NCBI GenBank assembly: GCA_001179505.1
Contig: CDMY01000308.1
Coordinates: 63,637-127,636 of the forward strand
Length of the DNA: 64,000 nucleotides
Direction of reading: 5' to 3'
Source of the DNA: Vitrella brassicaformis CCMP3155
Lineage: Eukaryota; Protista; Chromerida
Shown here one piece after another: positions 1 to 13,094 of the stretch. Both the position numbers and the translations under genes were made by a program. Each line of letters opens with the position of its first letter. The first letter of the stretch is position 1. The notes under the pieces are model-generated. The model was not told the DNA's origin, did no database searches, and saw only the letters and a program-made list of their open reading frames with translations.

Positions 1-13
1 GGGCGGGGTGCAG

Positions 14-3000
14 CCTGATTTCACTGGTATGCGCGACGACACCCATCCATCCATTCATTCGTCCACAGAATCCTTTTGTGGACCTGTGTGTGGCTGTGCG
101 TGTGTCCATGTGTGTGTGTGTGTGTCATCAGGGAGCTACCGCAAGGCCCGCGGTATGCTGGTGGCCAGCCCCAACAGAGCACCCATCGGCACCGGAGAGA
201 TGAAGGTACCCACCCACACATAGCAGAGAGACATGTGTGTGTGAGTGTCTGTGTGTGTCGGTGGCGCAGGGCATCAACGCGTTGAATTTGGAGCCCGCGC
301 TGCCCAAGCTGGATGACATCACACGGAACGAGTGGATTCAGTTCAAGCAGAACCAGACCAGGGTAAATCCTCACCCCCCCAACACATGCCCACACACACC
401 CACACGCACACACAAATGCATTCTAGCTCCCCTCTCTGCGTGTGTGTTGTGCCTGTCTGGTAGGCTGCCCGCGGAGCCACGCTGCCGGCCGATCGCAACA
501 ACGAGAAGAAAGAGTTCTTCAACTCGCTGGGACAGATCGACGCGCGACTCCAGTAGGCACCGCACACACACACACATCACTCTCCCCTCCCATATACACA
601 CACAGCTGCATCGCTCCCACTATGTGTGGTGTGCCCAGAAGTCTCTCCAAGGGGAGCAAGGCCGAACCGACGCCTCGATCAGCGGCACCCAGAGAGCCGC
701 CAAGACGACCTCCGCCCAACCAACTCAACGGGTGCACACACACACCCATCCCTCCCACACACCCCCAACACCCACACCCACACCCACACACCCATACACA
801 ACCACACCCACGCGCATGCAATCTTCTGTGTGCATCCATCGATCAGGCCGCCCAACGTTTCTGCTCACGGTGTGGGGATTTTGGGGTCGGGCCCCGACGA
901 CCCGCAGAGCGCGTCATACCTGCAGGCGGGGGCGGCCGGTGCAGGTGGCGTGGGCGGGGTGACCATGACACCCGCCCGCCACACCAAGGCGTCGACCAAC
1001 ATGGGAGTGCCGCCCTCACCGCTGCCTGGTGCGTCTTCGTGCGTGTGGGTGTGGGTGTGGGTGTAGATGAAGACATCTCTTTCTCTCTCTCTCTCTCTTT
1101 CTGTGTGTGTGTGTGTGTGTGTGAAGGTGCTATGCGCAACCCCCCTGGCGAGACGCCCGAGGGGCAGGAGGGCCTGCTGGCTGCTCCTGAGAGCGGTGAG
1201 AGTGTCCACATGCGGCAAGACACGGGCAGAGACACACACAAATTGACGCACGTCTCTCCTTTGTGTGTGTGTGTGTGTGTGTGTGATTGTAGTGAACGCG
1301 ACGATATCTCCGATGTTGAGTGTGGCCCTCAACCAGATGAGGGACCAGGCTGTGGTGCAGCAGGTGGGCGGTGCTCAGGTATGCTCCCCCACCCACCACC
1401 CACGTGTCTTCACACCTGGGCAACTGGTTTTGTGTGTTGGTGCGTGTGTGCGTGTGCAGATTCACGCGTTCCCTGACGCTGCTGCTGCTGCTGCTGCTGC
1501 TGCCGCGGCTGCTGCCGCTGCTGCCGCAAGTGGTCCGGCATCGCCCGACGCACCATTGCTCACACACCCGCCAAGTGCACAGGTACGAAGCGGACACTTT
1601 TACACACACACACCCACACACACGGACACATTGTGTGTTTTTGTGTGTGTGCACAGGCACAGCCACAGGGGGTGACGCTGCACCACCAGCTGACCAAGGT
1701 ACGTACGTGCCGACGTGCCGATGCAGCTCTCCTTCTCCTCCTTCTGTGTCGATGTGTCCATGTGTCTCTGTCTCTCTCTTGCCCTCCTCTCCCGATTGGA
1801 TTGCAGCAAGACTCATCCAGTGCGTTCAAGTTCAACCCCAACGCCAACGCCTTCACGCCCACGAACCACGCGGGCAACCCGATGCAGCAACAGGGTCAGT
1901 GGTGCACACAACACACAAACACACACACACGGGGGGGCTTGTAAATGCTCATCGATGGTGTGTGTCTTGTGTGTGGGTGTGTGGGTGTGTGCAGGGAGGG
2001 GTTCGTCGGACAGTTTGGCTGCCGCTGCGGCCTTCGAGGGGGTGCCGGCAGCTGCTGCTGGTACACACACACACGCACACACACACACATGGAGCCAAGC
2101 AACACACATTCACTATCTCTCCCTCTGTGTGCGGTGTGTTGTGCAGGCGGGCCGCCGCCCATGGCGGCTCAGCCGGGCGACCTGCAGCCAGCACAGACAG
2201 CCGCCATGATACAACAGGTGGGTGGCTTCTTGCGTCATGTACTTGCACCTGTGCGCCTACACGTCTGCTCGTATGTGTGTGTGTGTGTGTGGATGGGTCA
2301 ATCAGTGGTTGGCACAAACGGGCGGCGGGGCGGTGGGGATGCCACCGGGCGGCATTCCACACCCAAATATATTCCAACTCGCTCAGGTACAGACTCACAC
2401 ACACACACACAGAGAGAGAGAGAGCTTTCATATGTGTATGTCTGCGTGTGTGCAGATCTTGAACCCCGCAGGCATCCCGATGCCGCAAGCCCCGCAGGGG
2501 CCACCGCCCAACCTGCCACCCAAACCCGAGAGATACGAGAGCCTCATTGAGGTATGCACGCACGTGTGGATTGCTGCAGACACGCCCACAGACGTGTGTG
2601 TGTCTTCGTGTGTGTGTAATGTGTGTGTGTGTGGACAGGGAGAGGGCGGTGAGGGCCGCCCTGCTCGCGGGCGTAAGGTGCTGGAAGAGTTCCTGGAGCC
2701 TTCTTTTTCGGTATAGGTGTATATCGATCCATCCATCCACACATCATTCTTCGTGCGCGTGTGTGTGTGTGTGTGTGTGTGCAGAGGGCATTGACTGAGT
2801 CGTGTGAGAAGACCTCGTCGTGGACTGTCAACGAGCAGCTCTCATACAAGACCATCCTCGGCGAGATCCCACCTACCAACAGTACCCACACACGCACAGA
2901 CGCACAGACGCCAGACACACAACATGCCCATGCCCATGCACCTTGTCGCATTCACGTGGACGTATGCGCCAGATGCGAGTCTGATCCCGGGTTTCCACGG

Positions 3001-3355
3001 GCTGCCATTCCCAATACCGAGCCTATACCAGGTACCCTCNNNNNNNNNNNNNNNNNNNNNNNNNNNNNNNNNNNNNNNNNNNNNNNNNNNNNNNNNNNNN
3101 NNNNNNNNNNNNNNNNNNNNNNNNNNNNNNNNNNNNNNNNNNNNNNNNNNNNNNNNNNNNNNNNNNNNNNNNNNNNNNNNNNNNNNNNNNNNNNNNNNNN
3201 NNNNNNNNNNNNNNNNNNNNNNNNNNNNNNNNNNNNNNNNNNNNNNNNNNNNNNNNNNNNNNNNNNNNNNNNNNNNNNNNNNNNNNNNNNNNNNNNNNNN
3301 NNNNNNNNNNNNNNNNNNNNNNNNNNNNNNNNNNNNNNNTCATTGGCCGTATTCC

Positions 3356-3388
<33 letters not shown>

Positions 3389-5031
3389 TGTGAATGTCAC
3401 AGATGCACGCTGCGGCAGGTCAGCTGCCCGGGTTCTACCCTGTGCCAGCCCCGGGCCACCCCGGAGGAGTGCCGCCCACGGCCATCCCCAACCCTCCGGC
3501 GCACATGCCGCCCAACGCGCCAATGACAAACCCACCGACGCACCCACAACGTACCGATCCATCACACACGAACGCGCCGCCATTTTGTCCATGTGTGCGT
3601 CTCTCTCTCTCTCTCTCTCTCTGTGTTGGTTTGTGTGTGGCATCAACTCGCAGCACGTCCCATGACCATGAACCAGCCGCCGCCCACGCCGAGCAGCACC
3701 AGCGCGTCGCTCGGGGGTCCTCCGTCGATGCCCAGCATGCCGCCGCCACACGCGGGACACAATCCCTACGCCCAGGCGCAGCAGGCGCACATGCACATGG
3801 CGGGCCAACAGGTGTGTGCTTCCACTCACACACAGACAGATGCATCATTCACTGTGTGTGTGTGTGTGTGTGTGTGATGTGGGATGGTTGTCCGTCTGTC
3901 TGTCTGTCAGCCACACGCGCCCACGCAGGTCGGAGCGAGCAACCCCCACGCACCCCACCCCGGGTCACACCAGCCTCACGGCGGGCATGGCGGCACCGGT
4001 GCCGGCCATCACAGCACGCCCTCGCAGGGAGTGCAGGGGGGCGTCCTGCCCACCCCTCCGGTATCCTGTGCACCTGCACACGACACAACACCTCCTCTCT
4101 CACCCTTCTGTGTGTGTGTGCAGATGTCGTCTCCGAGCAAGCATGGCGGTCCGGGGTATGGGCAGCACGGGGGGCCGCCTGCGCACACGCCTCCCCCACA
4201 CAGCCATCCGCCGGCACACCCACCGGCGCACTCGCCACCGCCCAGCCACCCGCCACCGAGTCACCCGGGGCACCACCATGGGCATCATCCTGGCACGTAT
4301 AGCGGCCACACCAACATGATGATGGGCGGTCCTCCGCATCCTGCCTCAACACAGGTACCCATACACACACACACACACCCTCTCGCACCATCACCAGGAC
4401 CACCACTTCTGTGTGTGTGTGTGTGTGTTGTGTGTCAGGGCGCCCCGACGGGCAGCAGTCAGTCGAGTCCGTTCCCGTCGACGCCGTCCCTCTCTGCGCC
4501 GATGTACCCGCCACACTCGCAGCCGACGCACCACCCCGGGCCGCCCATGCACGCCCAGCAGCAGCAGCCGTCACAGCAGCACGGCGGTGGACACCACCAG
4601 GGGCACCACATGCACCCCCACCAGCAGCAGGGCGGACACGTAAGCCCTCCCTGATAGAGACACACCACAACCACCACCACCACCACCCAAACACCCACCA
4701 TCTGTCCCTCTCTCTCTGTGTTTCTCTGCATCACCAGTACAACGGTCGTGACTCGGGCAGCATCCCCTCGCGCACCCTGCAAATGGGCGGCGGGCCTCCC
4801 GTGCCGACTCACGCAACCCACCCGTCACAACACCCAGCAGCCATGGTGGGGCACAATGCCATGGGCGGCCCTGTGGCCCCGAGAGGCCGTGGGGACGACA
4901 GGGGCGACAGGGACAGGGACAGGGAGAGAGATCGCCCGGAGGGCTCTGGGCGACACGACTCCCGCGGCGGCCAGGGGGGTGGCGGCGGGGGGTACCAGCA
5001 GCAGCAGCAGGGGGGGCCTGGCCATGACTGA
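14..5031 (+). CDS. ATXN2: Ataxin-2/PBP1-like protein, 3' part (multi-exon, 5' end outside window, one gap at 3040-3339)
   Basis: Exons join in frame via GT..AG (e.g. 132-205; introns 2061-2146, 2387-2455, 4355-4438). PAM2 motif SSAFKFNPNANAFTP at about 1816-1860. Long Pro/His/Gln/Gly-rich low-complexity C-terminus ends GPGHD-TGA at 5029-5031. Lsm/LsmAD domains not seen (would be upstream), so the name rests on PAM2 plus architecture. Confidence 0.7.
3040..3339. other. Assembly gap (300 N); others at 5636-5935, 6624-6923, 7804-8103, 20700-20999, 60803-61102
   Basis: All are uniform 300-N runs, mostly next to poly-G/C or microsatellite tracts, so they are placeholders of unknown true size. Confidence 0.95.
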
Positions 5032-6137
5032 GATGGAGAGAGGGAGAGGGAGAGGGAGAGGGGGGTGGTTGCGTGTTTGGGGGAATGGTGTTTGTGGGAA
5101 AGGGCGAATGGCGGCAGAAATGTCTCCATTATTCAGTGTGGTTGGTGTGGTTGGTGGTGGGGAGGGAGAGGCTCGTGTGTGCGTCTGTGTGTGAGTGCCC
5201 GTCTGCCTGTCTGCCTGGCTGTCTGTCTCCCCGTGTGTGTGCGTGTGTTGCGTGCCTGAGTGAGTGTTTGTGTATGGGATGCGTGGCGACACACAGGATG
5301 GCTCGCTGGTATTGGTCTCTATGTGCTATGACGTGGGGAAACCTGCAAGGGGAGAGAGAGCGAGAGGGAGAGAGAGAGACTGTTTCCACACACACACACA
5401 CACACGCACAATCACGTCACACACACACACACACCCGGCGTCCGTTGTCTGAGTGATGTCTGCCTGCCTTTGAAGCGAGGGTCCGTCAATCGTTGCCTGC
5501 CTGCCTGCCTGCGTGCGTGCCTGCGTCGTCCGTGCGTGAGGGCGTGTGCGCGTGTATTGCCTTCCTGTGCAGTGTTGTGTGGGAGAATGTATGCCTGCAG
5601 TCAGTGTGCATGGAGCGCCGAATACCCACCCCCGCNNNNNNNNNNNNNNNNNNNNNNNNNNNNNNNNNNNNNNNNNNNNNNNNNNNNNNNNNNNNNNNNN
5701 NNNNNNNNNNNNNNNNNNNNNNNNNNNNNNNNNNNNNNNNNNNNNNNNNNNNNNNNNNNNNNNNNNNNNNNNNNNNNNNNNNNNNNNNNNNNNNNNNNNN
5801 NNNNNNNNNNNNNNNNNNNNNNNNNNNNNNNNNNNNNNNNNNNNNNNNNNNNNNNNNNNNNNNNNNNNNNNNNNNNNNNNNNNNNNNNNNNNNNNNNNNN
5901 NNNNNNNNNNNNNNNNNNNNNNNNNNNNNNNNNNNTCTGTAGCAGTAAGGACGTCGTCTCTTTGTATCAAGGACCGCACACACGCCCATCGGGTGAATGG
6001 ATGGATGGATGGATGGATGGACGATGGACACACGGACACACTGGCGGATACAAGCTTGAACCAACATGCAACCATCGAGTCAGTCGGGCCGTCTTCGTTC
6101 GTTAGTCCGTTTGTTTCCACGCATCACTCCCTGTTAA

Positions 6138-8104
6138 TCACGGCGGTGTGAGTGTGAGGTTCTGCTGCTGTCTGAGAGAGAGCGGCAGATCGAGGTCAAA
6201 CAGCACCTGACCCTTGGCCTCGCGCATATTCTGCACCAACACACACAGACACCCACACACCCACACACCCACACACCCACACACATCCACAGACGACCAG
6301 CAGCCCCCCACACACCACTCTTACCGATAGCCACTGGTAGGCGAGCAGCTGGCTGATGTTGCCATACCCCAAAGTCGTCTGAATGGCCCCACCACCACCA
6401 CACACACACAGGTGACACGCACATAGCAGTCAGTGTCTGTCTGTCTGTCTGTCCAGGGATGCGCACCCACCTGTACACTGCCGAGCGCCTCGGCCTGTTT
6501 CTGCAGTACGGTGGTGGTGGCCCGTGCTGAGTTGTTGGCCGTCAGGTAGGCACTCTCGCCCTCTGCTGTGGCCTGCACACCCACACATACACACACGTGT
6601 GTGTGGGGGGGGGGGGGGGGGGGNNNNNNNNNNNNNNNNNNNNNNNNNNNNNNNNNNNNNNNNNNNNNNNNNNNNNNNNNNNNNNNNNNNNNNNNNNNNN
6701 NNNNNNNNNNNNNNNNNNNNNNNNNNNNNNNNNNNNNNNNNNNNNNNNNNNNNNNNNNNNNNNNNNNNNNNNNNNNNNNNNNNNNNNNNNNNNNNNNNNN
6801 NNNNNNNNNNNNNNNNNNNNNNNNNNNNNNNNNNNNNNNNNNNNNNNNNNNNNNNNNNNNNNNNNNNNNNNNNNNNNNNNNNNNNNNNNNNNNNNNNNNN
6901 NNNNNNNNNNNNNNNNNNNNNNNGGGGGGGGGGGGGGGGGGGGCTCTCTCCCTCCCTCCCTCTCTCTCTCTCTCTCTTATGTGCTGGCGGTTTGCGTACT
7001 TCGATGATTCTTTGCTCTGCGTTGGTGGCCGACACGAGGGTCTCGGTCTCGGCGTTGATCAACAAGGCGCCACGGCGGTAGCTGACACACACACACACGT
7101 ATGGATGGATGGATGGATGGATAGAAGAAATCCCCTTCAGTGGTTACAGCGCCTCTTGCTGCTCCTGTCTTCTTATTTCCAGCTCCTGGAGGAGAAGAAG
7201 AGACACACACGCACGAGACATACTCACACCACACACACATACACGGATGGGCGGAGAGACCTACCTGGATGGCGTCTTCCAGCTCTTCAGGGAACTGCAC
7301 ATTGATGACCTGCACCACAACACACACCCACACCCGGAATACGTCACTCACACTCATACACAAATGGACAACCACATGCGCACGTGTGCCTCCTTGCAGC
7401 GCATCTCGACTGACTCAAACATCCGCTTCAACGCCTGTGGGATGTCGGTGTGGACGCACTCATCAAGGAGACCTTCCACATGTGCACCGTGTGTAACCAC
7501 ATCATCCTCACGTACGTCGGTGAGAGTGTTGCCGATGCGCTGTCTGTCCGAGTAGAACTCGGTGGCGTTGTAGGTGGCCGCCACGTCGCGAATCGTCGAC
7601 AGAGACACACTGACGGCCGGCACATTAGCGACAGTTACATGTGTGTGTGTGTCTTGCCCAGCCATCGTGAGTGAGTGTTGCCTACGCCCTGACGAGGCCC
7701 TTCCAGTTTTCAGTGCCGATAAGCCGGTACAGCCTGCAACCATAGTGTGTCCACTAGTTGTTGCCGGGCTGTGATGTGGTTGGGTATCAGTGAGTGCCCC
7801 CCCNNNNNNNNNNNNNNNNNNNNNNNNNNNNNNNNNNNNNNNNNNNNNNNNNNNNNNNNNNNNNNNNNNNNNNNNNNNNNNNNNNNNNNNNNNNNNNNNN
7901 NNNNNNNNNNNNNNNNNNNNNNNNNNNNNNNNNNNNNNNNNNNNNNNNNNNNNNNNNNNNNNNNNNNNNNNNNNNNNNNNNNNNNNNNNNNNNNNNNNNN
8001 NNNNNNNNNNNNNNNNNNNNNNNNNNNNNNNNNNNNNNNNNNNNNNNNNNNNNNNNNNNNNNNNNNNNNNNNNNNNNNNNNNNNNNNNNNNNNNNNNNNN
8101 NNNA

Positions 8105-8136
<32 letters not shown>

Positions 8137-9085
8137 TTCTCGGCTTACCTGGTGAAGGATTCGATGGTGTCGTCGAGCCCCAGGCGCATCTGTACCACCA
8201 CCCCCATGACCATCGAGAGGCCATCCCTGTACACATACCACACACACGCACACACGAGTTCAGGCATTCTGTGTAGCATGTGTGTGTGAGTGAGTGAGTG
8301 AGGAGGGGGTCACCATGTGCGCACTGTGACATCCCCCTCAAACAGGGCCGGCACTTCGTCGCCTGCACACAAGCCATCCATCCATCCATCCGTCCACCGG
8401 GGCGGTGAGCACTCTCTACCTATGTGTGTGTGTGTGCGTGTGCATATGTACCGCTCTGCTGTCTCCTTCGGTATGCATCCTCGGCAAACAGCAGCAGATA
8501 GTCTGTAGCAGGGTAGCTGCACATGTGTGCGCACGCAGGCCAACACACAACAATTGCCAGGTGGGCAGCTTTTTCTGCTCTTTCTTCCAGGCCGGCAGGC
8601 CGGCACAGGCGGGGGCACTTACGTGAGGAACTCATGCCCAATCCCCACCAGGTTGCGCCCGCCGCGGAACAGCTTGTCGATGCTGACATCAGACGCAATG
8701 AACACCGTCGGTGATGGGTGTCTGTCTGTTTGGGTGGCATCTTACTTGAGCTGCTGTGTGTTGCGATTCACCTCTATGCCAAACTCATTCTGACAAAGGC
8801 ACACGCACAAACACACAGAAGGACAAAGGATGCCCCTCATCGTCGTGGCCATCCATTCTTTCTGGCCGGCTGCAAATCAAATCACCAGACCGGTTCAAGC
8901 GTGACAAAGCAGGCGCCCAGCAGCGACACGCCCACGATCAGAAACGGGCAGAACTGCAGATAGTCAATGGATGGAACACACACACGCATCCATGTGCAGC
9001 ACCGAGATCTCTCTGGCCGCCCGCCCGCTTGGCTTACGCATCCCAGCCCGATGAGGAGAAGCCGGTTTCGCTCCTCTGGCGTCAT
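6138..9085 (-). CDS. SPFH/band-7 (stomatin/prohibitin/flotillin) family membrane protein, multi-exon, spans two gaps
   Basis: Spliced: MTPEERNRLLLIGLGC|FCPFLIVGVSLLGACFVTLEP|NEFGIEVNRNTQQL (N-terminal TM), then ...TIRDVAATYNATEFYSDRQRIGNTL...VINVQFPEELEDAIQ...AETETLVSATNAEQRIIE...ATAEGESAYLTANNSARA... and a last exon ending LTLTPP-TGA (6138-6140). Typical SPFH core followed by an Ala/Glu-rich coiled coil. Confidence 0.8.
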
Positions 9086-9239
9086 TGCAGATCTGTCAGA
9101 CTGCAATCATGTGCCATCAACAGGAGGCCCGGCTACCCAACATGCTCGTCACGGTCACCTCTTCTCAGAGCTCGCACCCATTGGCTCGCACTTTTCGAGA
9201 GGATATTCGAAAAATCATGGAAACCGACAGGTTCAGGCG

Positions 9240-9980
9240 ATGATGTCATCCCCGACCCATTCATCGCCCACCCGGCACAAAGAGGAGATGGCCTCTGCGT
9301 CATCCATCTCGTAAGCACGCCGCAAGGACGAACAGAACAGACCGTTCTCTCTCCCTCTTGCTGTGCGTGTGTGCATGGTGGATGCGCGTGCACCAATCAG
9401 GGCGCCTTGTGTGGGTGTGGACTACTACGAGGACAAGCGCCAGGTGTCGGGGCGGCATGTGGGCGTCCCGCTCGGCACCGCTGTCAGGAGGGAGAGCTCC
9501 TGGTGGCCCATCATGGTCGCACTAAAGGTATTGACGCACATGGACTCATGGATGTGACGCTGAATGGGAGAAGGGAACAACCCATTTGCTGATTTGTGCG
9601 TGTGTGCTGTGTGTGTGGGGGTCTGTGTGTGTGTGTGTGTGTGAGACATGCAGGTGGTGTTGGCGGCAATCCTGATGCTTTGCCTGTTGACGGTGGTGTT
9701 CTCGTCCAATATAGTAGAGGCGTGGACAGAGCAGTTCCTCCTGTGGGTCAGTCAGGCTGGCACACGCAGACATCACATGTATACCACGACTATGGCCCAT
9801 GTGGGTGGGTGGGTGGGTGCGAGTGTGTGTGTGCAGGTCAAGAGGCGGCGGTGGATGGGCGCGCTGGTGTTCACTCTCACCTACTCATTCACCACTGTGT
9901 TCTTCGTGCCCGCAGAGGCACTGGTACAGACACTCGCACTCACACATACCAGATGGGTGTCTGCACGTGTGTGAGGGTTC

Positions 9981-10017
<37 letters not shown>

Positions 10018-11395
10018 GGCAGACGATCGGCGGCGGCTACATCTTTACTCGGGTGTTCGGAGGGAAAGGTACGTGCATTGCGGTGCACAACGGAAGGCGT
10101 GTGTGGATCGGACATTACGTGTGTGTGTCTGTGGGTCCATGTGGTCGATCGATCCCTCATCAGGAGGCTTTGTGGTGGCTTTCGTGCTATGCTTCATCGG
10201 TGCCTATATCTGTACGAACCCATACAGTCACTCGCGCCCACCTACACAACACGTTTTCATGCGCCTTCCCTGTCTGTCTGCCTGCCTGTCTCTGCAGCGA
10301 TGTTCATATGTTTCGTGATCTCTCGTTACCTGCTGTACAACTTCGTCCACGGCCTCCTGGCGCGATATCGAACATTCAGAGCCGTCAACGACGGCATCAA
10401 ACAAGGTGAGCGGGGTGGGCAGGGTCGGCAGCAAGCACCTGTGTATCTTTTTTCTCTCTATGTGTGCAGCTGGTATAAAGGTTGTCGCGCTATTGAGGCT
10501 GGCGCCAGTGGTGCCCTTCACAGTACGCATGGCATCCACACACCACACGCACCTGCGCGGATGCACCTCTACTTGCGCGTATTTTGTGTTCGCGGTGTGT
10601 GTGTGTGCAGTTGCTAAATTACGTGTTGGGCACCACGAGCGTTTCGCTGAAGCACTACCTAATAGGCAGCATATTCTACTCGCCCAGTGAGAATGCAGTC
10701 GTGATGCACACATGGCAGACGCAACCAATACCCATACACACACGCGCTTCTTCGTTGTGTGGCTGTGCGTGTGTGCGTGATCAGTTCTGGGCGTTTACAT
10801 ATACGTGGGCTCCACCATGGCGAGAATATCCGACGCATCAAAATGTAACACACAGCACAGCAGCACAGCAAAGACAGAGAGGGGGACGGTCTCACGCACG
10901 AGTGCCATGTGTGTATGTCACGCGTGCAGCCACGGGGCAGTTCTCGCACGGGCCATATTTCTGGGTCACTATCGGCGTCGGCTGTATCGTCTTTGTGGTA
11001 ACAACAACAACAACCACACACACACACACAAAAACACATGGACGCCTCGCACACACACTCACTCACTCACACGCCCCTCTCTGGATGGATGGATGGATGT
11101 GTGGTCTCTCTCAGTGTGCGGTGGTGTACATAGTCAATCTGACCCGGCAGCAGCTGCGGCTGTACGACCAGCCCGACACTGAGAGGCTGCTCCCATCGGG
11201 AAGCGACCAGCGTACGCACACGCACGCTGATATGCAGCCATGCCCACACACATGCATCCCCCTCTCTGTGTGTATGTGTGCGCGTCAGCTGCTATCGCCA
11301 TTCAGGAGTATGGCGGCCCCTATACCGAGCCGCTGTCGGCATCACGCAAGGAGCCGGCATACCCCGGGCAGCCGGACGTCAAGCGGCAATCGTAG
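9240..11395 (+). CDS. VTT / SNARE-associated Golgi protein (TVP38/TMEM64-like), multi-exon
   Basis: Exons give GALVFTLTYSFTTVFFVPAEAL, TIGGGYIF, GGFVVAFVLCFIGAYI, AAMFICFVISRYLL, IKVVALLRLAPVVPFT, LLNYVLGTTSVSLKHYLIGS, matching the family motif LRLxPxxPFxxxNYxxG. Stop TAG at 11393-11395. Start codon uncertain. Confidence 0.85.
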
Positions 11396-11786
11396 CTCCC
11401 AGCTCCTCGCTGATGTCTGCCTAGTGCGTGTGCGTGTTCTTTCTCGTCCCTCTTGTTTGTTGTGCAGCTTCCTGTCTGTGTGTGGTGCGTGGCGTGGGTG
11501 AATGGCCGCCGGGTTTTGACTTTTGCCCCCCCTTGGCTGCACACGTGTGCGTGTCTCTCAAGTGCGTAGGCGCGCGTGTGGGTTCGTCGTACGTACAATG
11601 ATCCATGCACAGCACGCTGCTCTGTGTGCACGGGAGATATCTCTTGTCTGGGTGAGCGAGAAGCGACATTAGCACCATGGCCTGATGCATGAACACCCCC
11701 GAGCAAGAACACACGTCCACACAGCTATTTGTTTTATGTCGCTCAATCAGATCAGCCATGAGATCAGCTGAGTAGTTGACAGACGC

Positions 11787-12590
11787 GTGTTTGCTGAAAG
11801 CAGATGCATCAACCAGATTTGTACCGCACAAACCATGACAAAAGTCGCGCACACGCACCATGTGAGCCAACCCCGCGCGGCCTCCCGGGCTCCAAAGCGA
11901 TTGGCCCGCTCCTCGTTTACAGTTTGGCCGGGAGGAGAAGTCGAGAATTGCGGAGAAAGCACGCATATCGCAACTGTCTCCTCAACTCACGTGGCCAGGT
12001 TTGGTGAAGATGTGCCGTATGTGGAGGATTTTCTCACCGCGGGCATCGCCAAGGCCGCCGTTGAGTGCTAGCACTGCCGTCTTCTCTGCGCAGCATGTGA
12101 AGCTCAGCCACAATCGCAATCATCAACCGCAAACAGCACAAGAAGGTCCGGCCTGCGGGTTGCTGGAACTGTGGGGATTTCCTGGTCTACAAGGCTTTGC
12201 GTGGATAAGCGTCTGCGATGGAGGGTTATATGGCTGACGCTGCTGGGAATCCTGGCGCTATATGGTCTTGCAGCTGCCATTTGGTTCGGGCTCGCTTTGA
12301 AGGAGCCCGAGGGCGAGCATCACCGTGAGACAGCTATGAGATGGCCTTCAACCATTCGTTTTCTTACGGTGATCTCCTCTTTTTGTGTGTCACTGCCAGC
12401 CACGGTCATCGATTTGTTTGCTGTCCGGCTCCTTAACACCTACCTCTATATTGCGGCGGCGCCACGGCACTTCGGCATGCAGAGACAAAACCAACAGAGC
12501 AGGGACACCTTAACTACACAATCGAGGTCCGTGCTGCTCGGACAATTTAGGAGGGAGAAGAACTGCTCATCTGGTACCCGCTTGCTTTGA
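11787..12590 (+). pseudogene. Possible decayed ORF encoding a hypothetical two-TM protein
   Basis: ORFs 11787-12071 and 12171-12590 share one frame and are separated only by TAG at 12069-12071. No microsatellites; two hydrophobic stretches; no family recognised. Confidence 0.25.
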
Positions 12591-13094
12591 CGACATGCCA
12601 TATGCGCTGCATGCGCAGCCCTCTTCCAAGGAAGTGACAATTACATGGTACAGCCATGTGGAGGCAGGTCATACCTGGTGCAGCACACCGGAGAACACAA
12701 GTGCTCTGGTACATTCGTAGGTGACGAGAGTGAGGGGAGAGCATTGTAATCTTCAGTTTCCCTAATTGCCTTGCTTGCCTGCAGGATTGAAAGACGGACG
12801 AGTCCCTGCCATCGGTCAAATTCTCAGCCGCCACACTTTTGGGCACGTCCCTTCCCCACCACTTGCGAGGACGTCCGTGGCGTTCCATGCCCCATGCGTC
12901 ACGGCCTCTACCACCAGCGAACCTGTCCCAGGGCCCGCAAGCCTATCGATCACATTCTCAGCCGCCACCACGATCACCACCCCCACAATCACACTCTTTC
13001 GTCGCCCCGCAGAGCTGCATTGGTCAACTCGTTGTCTTCCTTGTCGCTGCCCAAAGAACCTGTCGAGGTCAAACAGCGTCTCCTTGTGAGCTGG

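Noticed and set aside
7450-7674. Plus-strand ORF MDALIKETFHMCTVCNH with a CxxC
   Set aside because: Antisense shadow of an SPFH exon on the minus strand.
3040-8103. Long ORFs containing X runs
   Set aside because: Open only because they cross 300-N placeholders.
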